Assembly: GCA_031280825.1 (NCBI GenBank)
Contig: JAITGE010000011.1
Coordinates: forward strand, 115-64,114
Origin: Oscillospiraceae bacterium
GTDB taxonomy: Bacteria; Bacillota; Clostridia; Oscillospirales; Acutalibacteraceae
DNA: 64,000 nt
Reading direction: 5' to 3'
Part shown: piece by piece, positions 62,744-64,000 of the stretch
How the letters are laid out: each line of letters begins with the position of its first letter
Position numbering within the stretch: the first letter of the stretch is position 1
Made by a program: the position numbers and the translations under genes
The notes under the pieces: generated by a model
Told to the model about the DNA's origin: nothing
What the model saw: only the letters and a program-made list of their open reading frames with translations
The model's database searches: none

Positions 62744-63871
62744 GTGATTGCTTTGGCTAAGAAGACGGTTTTTCTAACAGGGTCATCCGGGAACATGGGC
62801 TGGCACGGCTTCAAAGAGCTTTATAAGCGCAAGAACAAATACAATCTTGTGCTGCTCAACCGGGACAGCGAAAAATCCCGGGCGATGTTTGCGCCATACG
62901 TGAACGACCCTGCCGTGAAGCTCATTTGGGGCGACCTGCGCAATTATGAAGACGTTCTGGCAGGCGTGACGGGCGCGGATGTGGTGCTGCATGTGGGCGG
63001 CATGGTCAGCCCCGCGGCGGATTATGATCCGCGCGGAACAATCAAAACCAACACAACAGCGGCGCGGAACATCGTTAACGCGGTGAAGGCGCAGCCCAAC
63101 GCAGACGAAATTCGCACGGTTTATATCGGCACCGTCGCCGAAACAGGCGAACGTGACGCTCCTATTCACTGGGGGCGCTGCGGCGACCCCATCAAGGTCA
63201 GCGTGTATGATCACTACGCCATCAGCAAAGTGATCGCCGAAAGCGTCTTCGCCGAATCCGGCTTGAAGCACTGGGTTTCGCTGCGCCAAAGCGGCATCCT
63301 GTATGCCAACATCATCAAAAATTACGACCCGATCATGTTCCACGTGCCAATGAACGGCGTGCTGGAATGGGCGACGGTAGAGGACAGCGGTCGCTTGTTG
63401 GCCAACGTTTGCGAGGATTGGGTTCCGGAGGACTTCTGGCGCAATTTTTACAACATCGGCTCGGGCGCGGATTACCGCATCACAAACTTCGAGTTTGAAT
63501 CCTATCTGCTGGGCGCGCTGGGTCTTGGCTCGCCTAAGCAGCTGTTCAACATCAACTGGCATACTCTGCGCAATTTCCACGGGCAATGGTATGCGGATTC
63601 AGACAGGCTGGAGGAATTTCTGCACTTTCGCGAAAACAAGCCCATCCGGCAATATTTCGCCGAAATTGCCGCCGATCTGCCGTGGTTCTATAAGCTGGCG
63701 AAGATTGCGCCCAAGGGCTTGGTCAAAAACCTCGGCATGAAGCGCCTGACAAAAATGCCCGTCTATGGCACCATGCACTGGATTGAAAACAACAACGAGC
63801 CGCGCATCAACGCCTATTTCGGCAGTCGCGCCGCGTGGGAAGCCATTGGAACGTGGGAAAGCTGTACATGA
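62744..63871 (+). CDS. NAD-dependent epimerase/dehydratase-family (extended SDR) protein
   Basis: 375 aa. Rossmann motif VFLTGSSGNMG and YxxxK (YAISK). The start codon (GTG or a nearby TTG) is uncertain. Confidence 0.75.
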   Translation: MIALAKKTVFLTGSSGNMGWHGFKELYKRKNKYNLVLLNRDSEKSRAMFAPYVNDPAVKLIWGDLRNYEDVLAGVTGADVVLHVGGMVSPAADYDPRGTIKTNTTAARNIVNAVKAQPNADEIRTVYIGTVAETGERDAPIHWGRCGDPIKVSVYDHYAISKVIAESVFAESGLKHWVSLRQSGILYANIIKNYDPIMFHVPMNGVLEWATVEDSGRLLANVCEDWVPEDFWRNFYNIGSGADYRITNFEFESYLLGALGLGSPKQLFNINWHTLRNFHGQWYADSDRLEEFLHFRENKPIRQYFAEIAADLPWFYKLAKIAPKGLVKNLGMKRLTKMPVYGTMHWIENNNEPRINAYFGSRAAWEAIGTWESCT

Positions 63872-64000
63872 CCAGCCAATCAGCTCATAACGAGCAATTT
63901 CCGAGTAAAGGCAGGTCTGGCAAGACAGGCGGCGACGGTTCGGCCGAACAGCTGGCCATGCCAGAAACGGCGGTTAAACCGGAAGCAAAACTCGTCTAAA

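Noticed and set aside
1-64000. CRISPR arrays, tRNA/rRNA genes, retrons/DGRs and recognisable defence-system genes.
   Set aside because: Reading the intergenic regions showed no spaced direct-repeat arrays and no cloverleaf-capable segments. No ORF carries reverse-transcriptase, Cas, restriction-modification or other defence-type motifs. Intergenic space is short and mostly explained by promoters and terminators.

Overview
GC-rich (roughly 55-60% by eye), almost fully coding chromosomal segment. It looks like a spore-forming Firmicutes/Clostridia-type organism: whiA, a SpoIIM-like gene, a DD-carboxypeptidase, and RNase J/HPr/GdpP-type genes are present. I support about 58 protein genes and found no rRNA, tRNA or CRISPR array. 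Most of the window is housekeeping: uvrB, uvrC, rnj, phoH-ybeY, tgt, yajC, thrC, rnhB, ilvN, mtaB, folC, ptsH and pstSCAB-phoU. Carbohydrate genes are interspersed (fucI, a GH95 fucosidase, a GH116 glucosylceramidase-type enzyme), together with envelope genes: two GT4 glycosyltransferases, an OatA-like acyltransferase, and a 1210-aa FtsX/MacB-type permease with its ATPase. The only clearly accessory stretch is about 1.6 kb (27.1-28.8 kb) between uvrB and a Xer-type tyrosine recombinase. It holds a visibly AT-richer three-gene module: a 49-aa coat-like membrane protein, a Zot/pI-like P-loop ATPase and a 71-aa protein. It also holds an IS30-like transposase relic and, in the recombinase leader, an 11-6-11 dif-like inverted repeat. 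I read this as a decayed or miniature inovirus-like element integrated at a Xer/dif-type site (hypothesis). Other oddities: a sensor kinase interrupted by one in-frame TAG, a TSUP/TauE transporter encoded as two half-size genes, an ABC exporter pseudogene, a thioredoxin (CMPC) paired with a thioredoxin-reductase-like flavoprotein lacking the NADPH motifs, a PAS-less GdpP-like protein coupled to a MORN-repeat protein, an RNase J with a ~100-aa disordered N-terminal extension, and an uncharacterised aldolase/aminotransferase/SDR cluster. Several near-consensus sigma-A promoters and three intrinsic terminators are readable directly. Family assignments rest on motifs I recognise in the translations; no database search was run.
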